Assembly: GCA_963749315.1 (NCBI GenBank)
Contig: CAVVMS010000007.1
Span: 18,153-82,152, forward strand
Length of the DNA stretch: 64,000 nt
Reading direction: 5' to 3'
DNA from: an uncultured Acidimicrobiia bacterium
GTDB lineage: Bacteria > Actinomycetota > Acidimicrobiia > Acidimicrobiales > Ilumatobacteraceae
Positions within the stretch are counted from its first letter, which is position 1. Each line of letters opens with the position of its first letter. The notes beneath the pieces are model-generated. The model searched no databases and had not been told where the DNA came from. It saw only the letters and a list, made by a program, of their open reading frames with translations. The translations under genes and the position numbers were made by a program. Shown here piece by piece: positions 18,571 to 29,349 of this stretch.

Positions 18571-19068
18571 TCACAACTCGTTCAGGTGCGGCGGTGCGGC
18601 GAGTTCGTCGGGCGAGAGGCGGTAGCGGAAGTCGCAGAAGGCAGCGCCTTGCATGATCGTCTGGGTCCGCTCGAGTTCCACGCCGGGAATTCCCTCAGCG
18701 ATCGGGAAGTCGGCGCAGCACACCAACAAGAAACCCAGCTCGGGCTCACCGAGCTGATGGAACAACTCGGCATAACGACAGCCAGTCACGTCGACGGCAC
18801 GTACCGTCGGTGACGCCTCACGTTCTTCGGCGTCGATGGCGTCGGCGGGGTAGGAGACCTCCACGAATGTCTGCATGGCGCCGAGCGACCCTCGCTTGCC
18901 TACCCAGCCCGCTGCCATCTGGCGATAGACATCGCCGAGCGCTCGGCGCACGAGGTGGTGGGCCTGTGCCGTCCCCAGCTCAGCTTCGAGCTCCTTGATC
19001 AACGGCACGAGCAGTTCGGCTTGGATCTTGACCCGATCGATCAGCGGCACATCCGGACGGTGCATCAA
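18571..19068 (-). CDS. L-2-amino-thiazoline-4-carboxylic acid hydrolase family protein
   Basis: ORF 18571..19068. Contains VTGCRYAELFHQLGEPELGFLLVCCADFPIAEG...RTQTIMQGAAFCDFRYRL. Confidence 0.65.
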   Translation of the reverse strand: MMHRPDVPLIDRVKIQAELLVPLIKELEAELGTAQAHHLVRRALGDVYRQMAAGWVGKRGSLGAMQTFVEVSYPADAIDAEEREASPTVRAVDVTGCRYAELFHQLGEPELGFLLVCCADFPIAEGIPGVELERTQTIMQGAAFCDFRYRLSPDELAAPPHLNEL

Positions 19069-19140
19069 CGCATCGAGCGTCCGCGATTGACCGGGTGCGA
19101 CGATCCCGAGGCCGGAGGACCACCCGATACCCGCGCCGGG

Positions 19141-19499
19141 TCAACCTCGTCGCGGGGCGAGGACACAGAATTCGTTGCCCTCCGGATCGGCCAGAACGAC
19201 CCAAGTCTCGTCGCCCTGTCCGACGTCGGCATACGTTGCGCCGAGGTCGACCAAGCGAGCCACCGCAGCTTCCTGGTCGACAGGACGGAGGTCGAGATGG
19301 AGCCGGTTCTTGGTTGTCTTCGGCTCCGGCACGCGAGCGAACAGCAGGCCGGGGATGTGGTCGGGCGCTGGTCGGATCTCGAATTCCTCCGGGTCATCGT
19401 TCACGATGACCCAGCCCAGGGCCGACGCCCACCATCGCCCCAGCGCTTCTGGATCGGACGAGTCGACGATGACCTGCTCCCAGTCGAGCGCTCTCGCAC
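19141..19499 (-). CDS. Glyoxalase/VOC-like domain protein; start unresolved (no in-frame start codon)
   Basis: ORF 19141..19404 plus an in-frame upstream extension, LDWEQVIVDSSDPEALGRWWASALGWVIV. This frame runs straight back to the ligase-family gene's TGA at 19540. The GTG at 19499 is in another frame. Confidence 0.5.
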
Positions 19500-19520
19500 G
19501 GAGCCTTGGAGATGGGCGGA

Positions 19521-19554
19521 GACGTCGCCCGAGCAGCGTTCAGGCTGCTGCAGG
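19521..19554. repeat. 34-nt hairpin-containing repeat, copy B
   Basis: GACGTCGCCCG AGCAGC GTTCAG GCTGCT GCAGG. It spans the stop codon of the O-antigen-ligase-family gene. Confidence 0.85.
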
Positions 19555-20841
19555 CGCGGGCGTGGACCGGCGATGCCAATCGGTGCGCAGCATGAGACAC
19601 TGGGAGGCGCACAGGATGCCGAGCCAGATGCCGAACACGACCACCTCGGTGATCGAGAGCACCAGGATGAGGGCGACATAACCGATCACGAACACGGCCA
19701 GGGGCGTGTCCTCGCGGAGGTTGGCGAGCCCGAGGCGGACCGTCGATCCCATCAGCCACAGCAGCAGGCCGAGGCCGACGATCCCGAGCGCCAGCAACAT
19801 CTCGAGGTAGCCGTTGTGCGAGTGGAACACGGTGAAGCCCAGTCCGCGCATGATCGTGCGCCCGGGGTCGCTCGATGGATCGCTCCAGACACCGCCCGCG
19901 CCGTAGCCGTTCCACGGTCGTCGTTCGATGGCGTCCCAGACGCCGGCCCACACGTCCGTTCTCCCCGTCAGCGTGGAGCTCTTGCCGAAGAGCCCGAGGA
20001 CCCAGGAGATGACGGCGGACCAGAGCACGCCCAGCAGCACGGCGATGCCCAGCGCACCGATGACGAGTGATGCCCTCGCCGGCCGCGCGCTCGCCGCCAG
20101 TCGGCGGACGAACATGCAGATCAGCAGCGTCACCAGGCCGGCACCGACCGCCGTCGAGGACTGCGACATGACGATCAGGGCGATGGCGGTGCCGATGGCG
20201 ATCGACCGGCGCGGAGAGCGACGATCGAACGACCAGAGGGTCAGCACGGCGAAGACCATGAACGGACCCATCGCGTTCTTGTGGCCGAACCCGCCGCGCC
20301 ATCCGGGGACACCGTCCGGGTTCATCATCGCCGTGCCCGGATGGATCATCAGCTCGAGCAACGTGTTGCCGATGGCGACGTAGCACGCGGCCACGAGCGC
20401 GCTGCGCAGGTCGCGGCGCGGGAGCAGACCGGCGAACACCACGCATGCCACGACATACGGCATGACCAGCTGGGTGTCCGTCCACCAGCCGAAGACGTTC
20501 GACGTCCACAGGTACGAGAGCAGCCACCACGCCATGATGAGGAGCGCCGGTGCCGTCACGATGATCCGCTTGCCGCGCCCTGGCGGGCCGAAACCGATCG
20601 TTCCGATCAGGCAGGCGACGAGGAGGACGATCAGCATCTTCGGCTTGAGCCCGCTGCGGGAACCGAAGCCGATCACCACGGCGACGATCACGCCGAGCTG
20701 ACCTGACACGACCCACAACGGCCGTCGCATCAGACCGACCGGTTGAGACTCCGCCGCCGTCGGCTGGAGTTCGGCCGGCCCGACGTCCCGGGTCGGTTGT
20801 TGCATCACGCCGCGAGGCGACTGGTCTCGTCCCGACCCCAC
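19540..20841 (-). CDS. O-antigen ligase / Wzy-type polymerase family membrane protein (alternative start 20730)
   Basis: ORF 19540..20841, intact and multi-TM. Contains GFGHKNAMGPFMVFAVL...FHSHNGYLEMLLALGIVG. Confidence 0.7.
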   Translation of the reverse strand: MGSGRDQSPRGVMQQPTRDVGPAELQPTAAESQPVGLMRRPLWVVSGQLGVIVAVVIGFGSRSGLKPKMLIVLLVACLIGTIGFGPPGRGKRIIVTAPALLIMAWWLLSYLWTSNVFGWWTDTQLVMPYVVACVVFAGLLPRRDLRSALVAACYVAIGNTLLELMIHPGTAMMNPDGVPGWRGGFGHKNAMGPFMVFAVLTLWSFDRRSPRRSIAIGTAIALIVMSQSSTAVGAGLVTLLICMFVRRLAASARPARASLVIGALGIAVLLGVLWSAVISWVLGLFGKSSTLTGRTDVWAGVWDAIERRPWNGYGAGGVWSDPSSDPGRTIMRGLGFTVFHSHNGYLEMLLALGIVGLGLLLWLMGSTVRLGLANLREDTPLAVFVIGYVALILVLSITEVVVFGIWLGILCASQCLMLRTDWHRRSTPAPAAA

Positions 20842-21872
20842 GAGGCGTCGGGGCGCGAGGACAACAGTCGACTGATCGTCACGATGGCAGCGTAGACCGC
20901 CGCCTCGACGAAGTGACGGGGGGCGGACATCGATGTGAGCAGTTGCTTGAAGGTCGAGCTCGTCGTCGGGTGGGCCAGCGTGGGCATCGTCTCGAACAGC
21001 TCGCGGTTGCCGCGCTGGGCGCGGGCGAGCGTGCGCAGCAGCGAGCGGACGTCACGAGGCACGCTGATGGACACCGGGGCGCACGGGACGATGGTCACCT
21101 CGGACGGCTCGACGACCCGGGCGGCGAACAGATCGTCGGCGATCACGTTCGGAAACGCCCCGAATCGCGTCCGGGCCTTCTCGCTCAAGCCATAGACGCC
21201 GGCTCCGCACAGGTCGGTATGGACGCCGGGAAGTCGCATGCGCTGGCCGTAGTAGCGCTTCACCAGCCAACTGGCACCGGTGGTGTCGTAGCGGAAAGGG
21301 GGCCGCGCTGCGACGGCACCGTCGCGCAGCGCGGTGAGCACTGCGACCGCGGAGCGTCCGTCGAGCGTGACATCGGCATCGAGGTAGAGCCGAGGCAGCG
21401 CCCGAGCTTCCCGCTCAGCGGCACGGATGGCCGCCGCCTTGCCCACCGGCGGCAGGTCGAGGACGGTCACCGTCCCGTGCACCTCGGCGGCGACCGCCGC
21501 GGTGGCGTCCGTGCACCCGTTGCACGCGACGACGACCTCCAACGCCTTCGGGTCGATTCCCGCGAAGAGCGAGGTGAGCGTCCGTCCGACGACGTTCGCC
21601 TCGTTGTACGCCGGGATGACGATCGAGCCGACGGGGCCGCTCACCCGGTCGTCGATCGACCGCGCGGGCTGACCGGCGAGCGCACGCTCGTCGGCGACTC
21701 CCACCGGTCGGCCGGTGTCGCGTCCGCGACTGCCGGGCGTCAGCTCGCATCGAGCCGAAGCGGGGATCCGCCGAGCATGGAAGTGGCGTCGCAGCCAGGG
21801 CAGTTCCGCGTCGCTCGCGTCATCCCACCGTCGCCTGGTTCGCCGTCCGTCTCCTCGAGCGGGGACGAACAT
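20805..21872 (-). CDS. Family 2 glycosyltransferase (alternative start GTG 21644)
   Basis: ORF 20805..22028. Contains SIVIPAYNEANVVGRTL...VVVACNGCTDAT...YLDADV. Confidence 0.75.
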   Translation of the reverse strand: MFVPARGDGRRTRRRWDDASDAELPWLRRHFHARRIPASARCELTPGSRGRDTGRPVGVADERALAGQPARSIDDRVSGPVGSIVIPAYNEANVVGRTLTSLFAGIDPKALEVVVACNGCTDATAAVAAEVHGTVTVLDLPPVGKAAAIRAAEREARALPRLYLDADVTLDGRSAVAVLTALRDGAVAARPPFRYDTTGASWLVKRYYGQRMRLPGVHTDLCGAGVYGLSEKARTRFGAFPNVIADDLFAARVVEPSEVTIVPCAPVSISVPRDVRSLLRTLARAQRGNRELFETMPTLAHPTTSSTFKQLLTSMSAPRHFVEAAVYAAIVTISRLLSSRPDASWGRDETSRLAA

Positions 21873-22108
21873 CGCGTCGCGCGCGCTGCTCCATCCTCGT
21901 GCTCTCGCCACGTCACCCTCCGCCGAGTTCTGTGTGTCCGCCTGAACGCGACCGTCTGGCCGCATCAATGAGTCAAATGGCTTGACAGCGAGGAAACATC
22001 CCCAATCTGTGCCAATTTCCTGTCCCACGGGGTGGTCGGCGTGGTCGACCCGGGGCGCGCCGACCTGCGTGTCCCGCCAGGCGCGGCGGCGCTTGCACTA
22101 GAACCTCG

Positions 22109-23510
22109 GTGATGGACGCGACCGCAGGCATCGATCCGTCGACCGCCGCGGCCATCCTCGCCGGAGCACCCGACGCGACGATCGTCATCGACCGCGGCGG
22201 GACGATCCTGTACGCCAACCGGCAGGTCATGGACCTGTTCGGCTGGCCGCCCGCCGAGCTGGTCGGCCAGCAGCTCGAAGTTCTCGTGCCGGAGGCGTTG
22301 CGCACCCGCCACGTCCACCAGCGCGACGCCTTCAGCGCCGCGCCGCATCCCCGCCCGATGGGCGTCGGCCTCGATCTGTCCGGGCTCCGTCGCGACGGCT
22401 CCGAGGTGCCCGTGGAGATCAGCCTGAGCCCGATCGAGACGCCGCACGGTGTCCTCGTCGCAGCCAGCATCCGCGACATCAGCGAGCGACTCGTAGCGGC
22501 GGCGGCACTGCGCGCCGAGCGCGACCACGTCACCGCGGTGATCGAGGCGCTTCGCGATGGCATGCTCGAGTACGACGCCGGCACCGAGCGCTTCGTGCGC
22601 GTCAACCGCAGCTTCTGCGAGCTCGTCGGCTACTCGCCCGAGGAGGTGCTGGCGGCGACGCACCCGCCCCCGTGGTGGCCGGAGGACGAGCGGGAGCGCA
22701 ACGAGGCCGGCCGGGCGAAGATGTTCGAGGGCGCGGCGAGCCGCGTCGAGCTGTCCATGCAGCACGCCGGCGGCCGCCGATTCCCGGTCGCCGTCACCAC
22801 CTCGACGATCCCCGGCGAGGCCGCCAGTGGTCGTTTCATCCTCAATGTTCCACGACCTCACCGACGAGCGTCGGGTCGCTGCCGAGCTGAGCGCGGCCCA
22901 CGCCGAGATGGAGGTCGCCGACGACAGGGACCGCATCGCCCGCGACCTCCACGACGGCGTGATCCAGCGCCTGTTCGCCGCCGGGCTGCACCTCCAGGCG
23001 GCGGTCAACCGGCCCGATGTCCGCGAGCGGGTCGTGGCGGTGATCGACGACCTCGACACGGCGATCACCGAGATCCGGGCGGCGATCTTCACGCTGCACC
23101 GACCGCGCGAGGTCACCATCGGGCTCGAGCACGCCGTGCGCGTGTGCACGGCCGAGGCGGCGCGCGTGCTCGGGTACCAGCCGACGCTGACGTTGTCCGG
23201 CGAGCTGCAAGCGGTCCCACCGGATCTGGTGCACGAGGCGACGACCGTGCTCCGCGAGCTGCTCTCCAACGTCGCCAAGCACGCCAACGCGTCGCACACG
23301 TGGTTGGACGTCGCGGTCGGCGACACGCTGACGATCCGCGTCGACGATGACGGCATCGGGATCGACTCCGGCGCCAGCACACATGCCGGCGACGGCCTGC
23401 GCAATGTGCGTGAGCGGGCCAGGGCGTGGCGCGGTGGTGTCGAGATCGCCGCTCGTCAGCCGACCGGCACGCATGTCGAGTGGAGCGTGCCACTCGACGG
23501 TCAGTCGTAG
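22109..23510 (+). CDS. Cytoplasmic PAS-PAS-HisKA_3-HATPase sensor histidine kinase; one frame change near 22840
   Basis: ORF 22109..23350 carries two PAS-like segments. ORF 22557..23510 carries DRDRIARDLHDGVIQRLF (H-box) and LSNVAKHANAS...DDGIG...GLRNVRERA. No TM segment is seen. Confidence 0.8.
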
Positions 23511-23546
23511 AGGGTCTCGTTGTTACCGCGCGGTAGGATCGATGCC

Positions 23547-24462
23547 GTGGCCGACGAGGACCAGCGCTTCTTGCGCCTGCATGGTCATCGAGTCGCCTAC
23601 ACGACGAGCGGCGGCGACCCGAGCGACGGGCGGCCGGTCCTCGTGCTCGTCCACGGCATCGCCGGCAGCGCGGCGACGTGGCGCGACGTCATGCGCGCCC
23701 TCGGGCGTCACTACACGGTGATCGCCCCCGACCTCCTCGGTCACGGCGAAGTCCGACAAGCCGCGCCACGACTACTCGCTCGGCGCCTACGCCAACCTGC
23801 TGCGCGACCTGATGTTCGCCCTGGGGATCGAGCGGGCGACGATCGTCGGACACTCACTCGGTGGCGGCATCGGCATGCAGCTCGCCTACCAGCACCCGAT
23901 GCGCTGCGAACGCCTCGTGCTCGTGTCCAGCGGCGGGCTCGGCCCGGAGGTCTCCTGGATGCTGCGCGCGCTCAGCCTGCCGGGCGTCGAGTACCTGATG
24001 CCGGTGATCTTCCCGGCGGTCGCCCGCTCCGCTGGTGCGGCGATCGGCAGGCGGCTGTACCAGCTCGGGCTGCGCGCCCCGCACTTCGCCCAGGAGTGGG
24101 GTGCCTACGCCGCGCTCACCGAGCCGGAGAACCGGCACCCGTTCGTGCGCACGCTGCGTTCGGTGATCGACGTCAACGGCCAGACCGTCAGCGCCCACGA
24201 CCGGCTGTACCTCTCCGCCCGGCTGCCGACGCTGATCGTGTGGGGCGGCCGCGACCACATCATCCCGCCTGGCCACGCCACCGCCGCCCACGAGGCGATC
24301 CCCGGCAGCCGGCTCGTGATCTTCGAGCGGGCGGGTCACTTCCCGCACGTCGAGGAGCCGGCGGCGTTCGTCGAGGCGGTCACCGACTTCGTCGACGGCA
24401 CCGAGCCGATGCACCTCGACGAGCCGCAGTGGCGGGCAGTGCTGACGGCGGGCACCGCCTGA
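23547..24462 (+). CDS. Alpha/beta-fold hydrolase; one frame change near 23755
   Basis: ORF 23520.. (PVLVLVHGIAGSAATW) joins ORF 23812..24462 (IVGHSLGGGIGMQLA...GHFPHVEEP). Confidence 0.8.
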
Positions 24463-24466
24463 CGCC

Positions 24467-24942
24467 TCAGCTCTCCGCACTGAGGTCGAGGCGCATCTCG
24501 TCGCCAGCCGTTCGTGACGCTGAAGCCGGCGGCCCGGTACAGCACGGCGCCGTCGGCCGTGGCGTGCAGCTCGACGCGACCGACCTGCCGTCGACGCGCT
24601 TCGGCGAGAAGCCGAGCCAGCACCGCTCGCGCCAGACCACGCCGCCGCCACGCCGGATCCGTCGACATCGTGCTGATGTAGGCCGACGAGCCGGTCGGGT
24701 TCCACGGCGAAGGGATCCGCTGCTGGAACTCGATGACGCCCGAGGCGGCGAGACGTCCGTCGGACGAGTCGACGACGACACCGACCACGTCGTCGGCCGC
24801 CAGGACGCTGCCGGAAGTGCTCCTCGGCCGACGCGATCCAGGCGTCGTCGCCACCGTCGAGCCCCATGCTGTCGAACATCAGGCGTCGCAGCCGCACGAT
24901 CTCGGCGGCGTCGTCGGGCGTGGCGACCCGGGGAGTCGGCAT
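24467..24942 (-). CDS. GNAT-family N-acetyltransferase; two frame changes
   Basis: MPTPRVATPDDAAEIVRLRRLMF (frame of ORF 23854..25695), ORF 24336..24854 (YISTMSTDPAWRRRGLARAVLARLL) and the tail of ORF 24467..24781. Confidence 0.7.
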
Positions 24943-25011
24943 GTCCTGGCTCACGTCGTCATCTTCATCGCTGTTGAACAAGGCGGAGACCGGGGCGACC
25001 AAACTGGGGCG

Positions 25012-26476
25012 ATGGCGATCGTCTCGTTCCCCCGCCGGCTCGCCGACCTCGCCGCGGCGGCGCCGGACAGGACCGCGGTGACGTGCGACGGGGCGTCGGT
25101 GACTCGAGGCGAGCTGGAGTCGCGTGCCAACCGCTTGGCCCGCGACCTTGCCGGGCGTGGCGTCGGCCACGGCGACTTCGTCACGGTCGCCCTGCCGAAC
25201 TCGATCGACTGGTTCGTCGCCTACGTCGCCACCTGGAAGCTCGGTGCCGTTCCGCAGCCGGTCTCGGCGAAGCTGCCGCCACGCGAGCTGGCCGAGATCG
25301 TCGCCCTCGCCGGGTCGAAGGTCGTGCTCGGCGCCGCGCCGGGCGCGCTGGAGGGCACCGGTGTGCTTGCCGGTCGGGTACGGCCCGCCCGACGACCTGG
25401 ACGACGGCCCGCTGCCCGACGCCACGTCGCCGGCGTGGAAGGCGCCGACGTCGGGAGGGTCGACCGGGCGGCCGAAGCTGATCGTGTCCGGCGATCCGGC
25501 GCAGCTCGACGACGCAGAGCCGCCGCCGCTGCTGCTGACGCTCGACGGGTGCCTCGTGATGCCGGGCCCGCTGTACCACAACGGGCCCGCCGTGTGGGCG
25601 TGCCAGGCGCTGCTCGCCGGCAACCACGTCGTCGTGCTGACCCGCTTCGACGCCGAGGCGACGCTGGCCGCCATCGAGGAGCACCGCGCCGACATCGTCT
25701 ACGTCGTGCCGACGATGATGAAGCGGATCTGGCGACTGCCCGACGAGGTCCGCCTCGGCTACGACGTCTCGTCGCTGCGCGTCGTCTGGCACCTCGCCGA
25801 GCCGTGCCCGATGTGGCTGAAGGAGGCGTGGATCGACTGGCTCGGCGCGGAGAAGATCTTCGAGCTGTACGCCGGCACCGAGGCGCAGGCGGTGACCGTC
25901 ATCAGCGGCGAGGAGTGGCTCGCCCACCGCGGCTCGGTCGGCCGGCCGAGCGCCGGCGAGTTCATGATCACCGACCTCGACGGGAACCCGGTGCCGGCGG
26001 GCGAGCAGGGCGAGGTGTGGCTGCGCAGCACGTCGGATCGGGCGACCTACCAGTACCTCGGCGCCGAGGCCCGCACGCTCGAGGGCGGATGGGAGTCGCT
26101 CGGTGACATCGGCTGGTTCGACGAGGACGGCTACCTCTACCTCGGCGACCGGATGCAGGACATGATCCTCTCCGGCGGGGCGAACATCTACCCGGCCGAG
26201 GTCGAGGCCGTGCTGCAGGAGCACCCGGCGGTGCGCTCGGTGTGCGTGATCGGGCTCCCCGACGAGGACCGCGGCAACGTCGTCCACGCCATCGTCGAGG
26301 CCGATCCGAACGCGCTCGATGCCGCCGAGCTGCTGGCGTTCGCCGGTGAGCGCCTCGCCAAGTACAAGCTCCCGCGCACCGTCGAGGTCGTCGACACGCC
26401 GTTGCGCGACGACGCCGGCAAGGTCCGCCGCTCGGCCCTGCGCGCCGAGCGACTCCCCACGTCCGAGTCACCATGA
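25012..26476 (+). CDS. AMP-forming acyl-CoA synthetase / AMP-dependent ligase; one frame change near 25370
   Basis: MAIVSFPRRLADLAAAAPDRTAV... (frame of ORF 24733..) joins ORF 25124..26476 (TSGGSTGRPKLIV, GDIGWFDEDGYLYLGDR, GKVRRSALR). Confidence 0.85.
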
Positions 26477-26491
26477 GCGGCCGGCGCACGG

Positions 26492-26550
26492 TTCTGACGA
26501 CACTTGTGCCCGCTGAGCGCGAGGAAGTCGACAGAGAACCGGTTAGCTCG
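26492..26550 (+). repeat. Intergenic repeat Z, copy 1. The 31-nt core TTCTGACGACACTTGTGCCCGCTGAGCGCGA is identical to the reverse complement of 56381-56411.
   Basis: Direct comparison: the core matches 31/31, and a further 25-30 nt are about 70% similar. It lies in the 80-nt convergent spacer. Confidence 0.9.
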
Positions 26551-26556
26551 ACGCTA

Positions 26557-29270
26557 TCACGGCGGACCGCTCGTGGTCGGTCCGCGCAGCCCGCGCACGG
26601 GCACCACCGCGGCGCCGGGCGCGGCCACACCGACGAGCGCGTCGACGGCGACGCAGCCGTGCGGGCCGACGATCACCGGGTTGACGTCGAGCTGCTGGAT
26701 CTCCGGCACCGCCGCGGCGAGCATGGCGACGCCCTGGACCACCTCGACGATGCGGTCGACCGGCAGTTCGGGACGGCCGCGGAAGCCGTGCAGCAACGGG
26801 GCCAGGCGCAGGCTCTCGACGGCGCGCCGCGTGCTGCTGCCGCGGCGACCGGGGCGACGAGCGCGACGCGGTCGTCGCGCAGGTCTGCGTCGACCCCGCC
26901 GGCACCGACGAGCACGACCGGGCCGAACGCAGGGTCGCGGATCACCCCGACGAGCAGCTCGAGGCCGGCCGGCTGTTGCGCCTGCACGACCACGCCGGCC
27001 AGCTGCTCGCCGAAGCGCCGCTCGAGGTGTCGATACGTCTCGGCGGCCGCCGCGGCGTCGTCGATACCGAGCCGCACGGCTCCAGCGTCGGACTTGTACA
27101 CCAGCGCGGCCACGGTCGGCCTTGACGACGCACGGGTACCCGATGCGCTCGGCCGCCGCGGCGCACTCGGCGGCCGACGTCGCGTACGCCCACGGCGCCA
27201 CGGGCAACCCGCCGGCCTCGAGCAGCTCGAGTGACGTCGGCGGATCCATCCAGGTCGTGTCCGCGCGTCCACCGGCGTGGCGCCTGGCGAGGCGGCGGGC
27301 GTCGACGAGCGCCGTCGCGTCGAGACGCCTCGGCTGGTCGGCCACGTCGTCGGCGATCGACGCCAGCCACGGCGGCCCGCCGAGCTGCGAGGGCGACGGC
27401 GGAGACCGCCCGCTCGGGTGTCCGGAACGTCGGCAGGGAGCCGGCGTCGTGGTCGTCGGAACCGATCAGCGAGAGCGCCAGCGTCGTTCCGGCGACGTCG
27501 GCGACGGAGAGCGACGAGGCCACCTCGTCGAGACGGCGCGGCTCACCGATGTCGACGCACACGACGATGCAGGCGTCGACCTCGCCGGAACGTCCGATCG
27601 CTTCGACGACGGACGCCACACGGTCGGGCGTGACCGCAGAGCCGAGGTCGACGGGATTGGAGGTCGCCGCGGCCGCCGGCACGATCCCGACGATCTCGGC
27701 CTGGAGCTGCGCCGACAGCACCACGACGTCCAAGCCGCTGGCGTCGGCGGCGTCGGCGCCGAGGACGAGCGGACCGCCGGCGTTGCCCACCAGGGCGACC
27801 CGGCGTCCTCGCGGGGCCGGCTGCCGTTCGAGCAACAGGCCGACGTCGATCAGCTCCTCCAGCGTGCGGGCGCGGAGCGACACCCGTGTGGGTGAACAGG
27901 GCGTCGACCATCGCCTGGTCGCTGGCGAGGGCAGCGGTGTGCGAGTGGGCGCTGCGCTGCCCAGATGCGGTCCTGCCGCCCTTGAGGGCGACGATCGGCT
28001 TGCGCTGGGACACGGCGCGAGCGACGCGAGCGAAGCGGACCGGGTCGCCGAACGACTCGAGGTACAGCAGGATCACGGTCGACGACGTCGTCGTCGGCCC
28101 ACAGGCGCAGCAGGTCGTTGCCGCTGACGTCGACCTTGTTGCCCATCGACACGAACGAGGAGATGCCGGCGTGGCGCCTGTGCGCCTCGGCGGCGATGGC
28201 GATCCCCACCCCGCCCGACTGCGAGGCGATGGCGATGCCGCCGGGGCGGAACGCCTGGTTGGTGAAGGTGGCGTTCAGGCCGCAGGCCGTCGAGACCACG
28301 CCGAGGCAGTTCGGCCCGACGAGGCGCATGCCGTGGCGGCGGGCGGCGGCGAGCAGCTCGTCCTGCATGCGGGCGCCGTCGGGACCCGCCTCGGCGAAGC
28401 CCGACGGAGAGGACCACGGCGCTGCGCACACCCTTGGCGCCGCAGCGGGCGACCGCCGCGGCGACCTCGGCGGCCGGCGAGCGAGATGACGGCGAGATCC
28501 GGCACGTCGGCGAGCTCGTCGAACCGCATCCGGATCGACGACGCTGACGCGACCGGCGAAGGACTCGCGGAGGTGGGCGAGCACCCGTCGACCCGGCGAC
28601 GTGGCGTCGTCGCCGGCGCCGATCACGACGACGTGGGACGGCTCGACGATCGAGCGCAGGGAACGCACCGCCGCCTTCCAGTCGCGCAGGTCGGCGTCGT
28701 CCTGCAGGATGTCGTCGTCGGTCAGGTCGAGCTCGACGCGCACGACGCCGTCCTCGAACCAGACCCGGTTGACGAGGCCGACGGTGCGGAACACGCCCGA
28801 GCATGGCGGCGTTCTCGGGAAGCGTCTCGGCGCCGAGTCGACGGAACCCGGCCGCCCGGGCGATCAGCGCGAGGTCCTCCAGCAGCACGGTGGCGATGCC
28901 CTCGTGGTGATGGGCGTCGGAGACGGTGAAGGCGACCTCGGCCTCCTCGTGGTCCGGATGGGCGTGGTACGACCCGACACCCAGGATCTCCCCGTCCGAC
29001 TCGGCGACGAGCGTGACCTGCCCGTGGACGTCGTGCACCGTCGCCGCTTCGCAGCTCGTGGTCGGGGATGGACCGCCGCAGGCTGAAGAACCGCAGGTAC
29101 ATCGATCGCTCGTCGAGCTGGTCGTAGAACGCGCGCAGACCGTCGACGTCGGACGGCTTGGACGGTCGCACGTGGACCGCTCGCCCCGTCGCCAGCAGCA
29201 CGTCGCGCTCGAACGGCGCGAGCAACGAGTGTGTCGTCGCGTTCAGCTCCTCGCTGCGCTCGGTGGGCAT
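26557..29270 (-). CDS. Pat-like bifunctional protein: N-terminal GNAT acetyltransferase plus ADP-forming acyl-CoA synthetase-like (CoA-binding, ATP-grasp) domains; at least 8 frame changes
   Basis: Pieces lie in ORFs 28722..29297, 28073..29038 (GVGSYHAHPDHEEAEVAFTVSDAHHHEGIATVLLEDL), 27850..28794 (LVGPNCLGVVS...SQSGGVGIA...FVSMGNK), 27543..28076, 26942..27883, 26673..27272 and 26557..27345. Confidence 0.75.
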
Positions 29271-29349
29271 CGGCACCCCATCGTCGTCTCGTCGCATCCA
29301 TCCAAGTCGATCCCGCCGACCTCATCCAGCGTCAGTAGGGTCCCCGGTC

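Noticed and set aside
18466-19520. A mobile element carrying the ATC-hydrolase-family and VOC genes
   Set aside because: The block is flanked by 34-nt direct repeats. It contains no transposase, integrase or recombinase and has no terminal inverted repeats. It is reported as a possible insertion or duplication scar, not as a mobile element.
26504-26560. Small conserved peptide MCPLSA..ST.NRL at the start of ORFs 26504..27895 (+) and 56211..56399 (-)
   Set aside because: The similarity simply reflects repeat Z read in one frame. There is no RBS, the starts are TTG/ATG by chance, and the downstream sequence differs completely. It is treated as a nucleotide-level repeat, not a gene.
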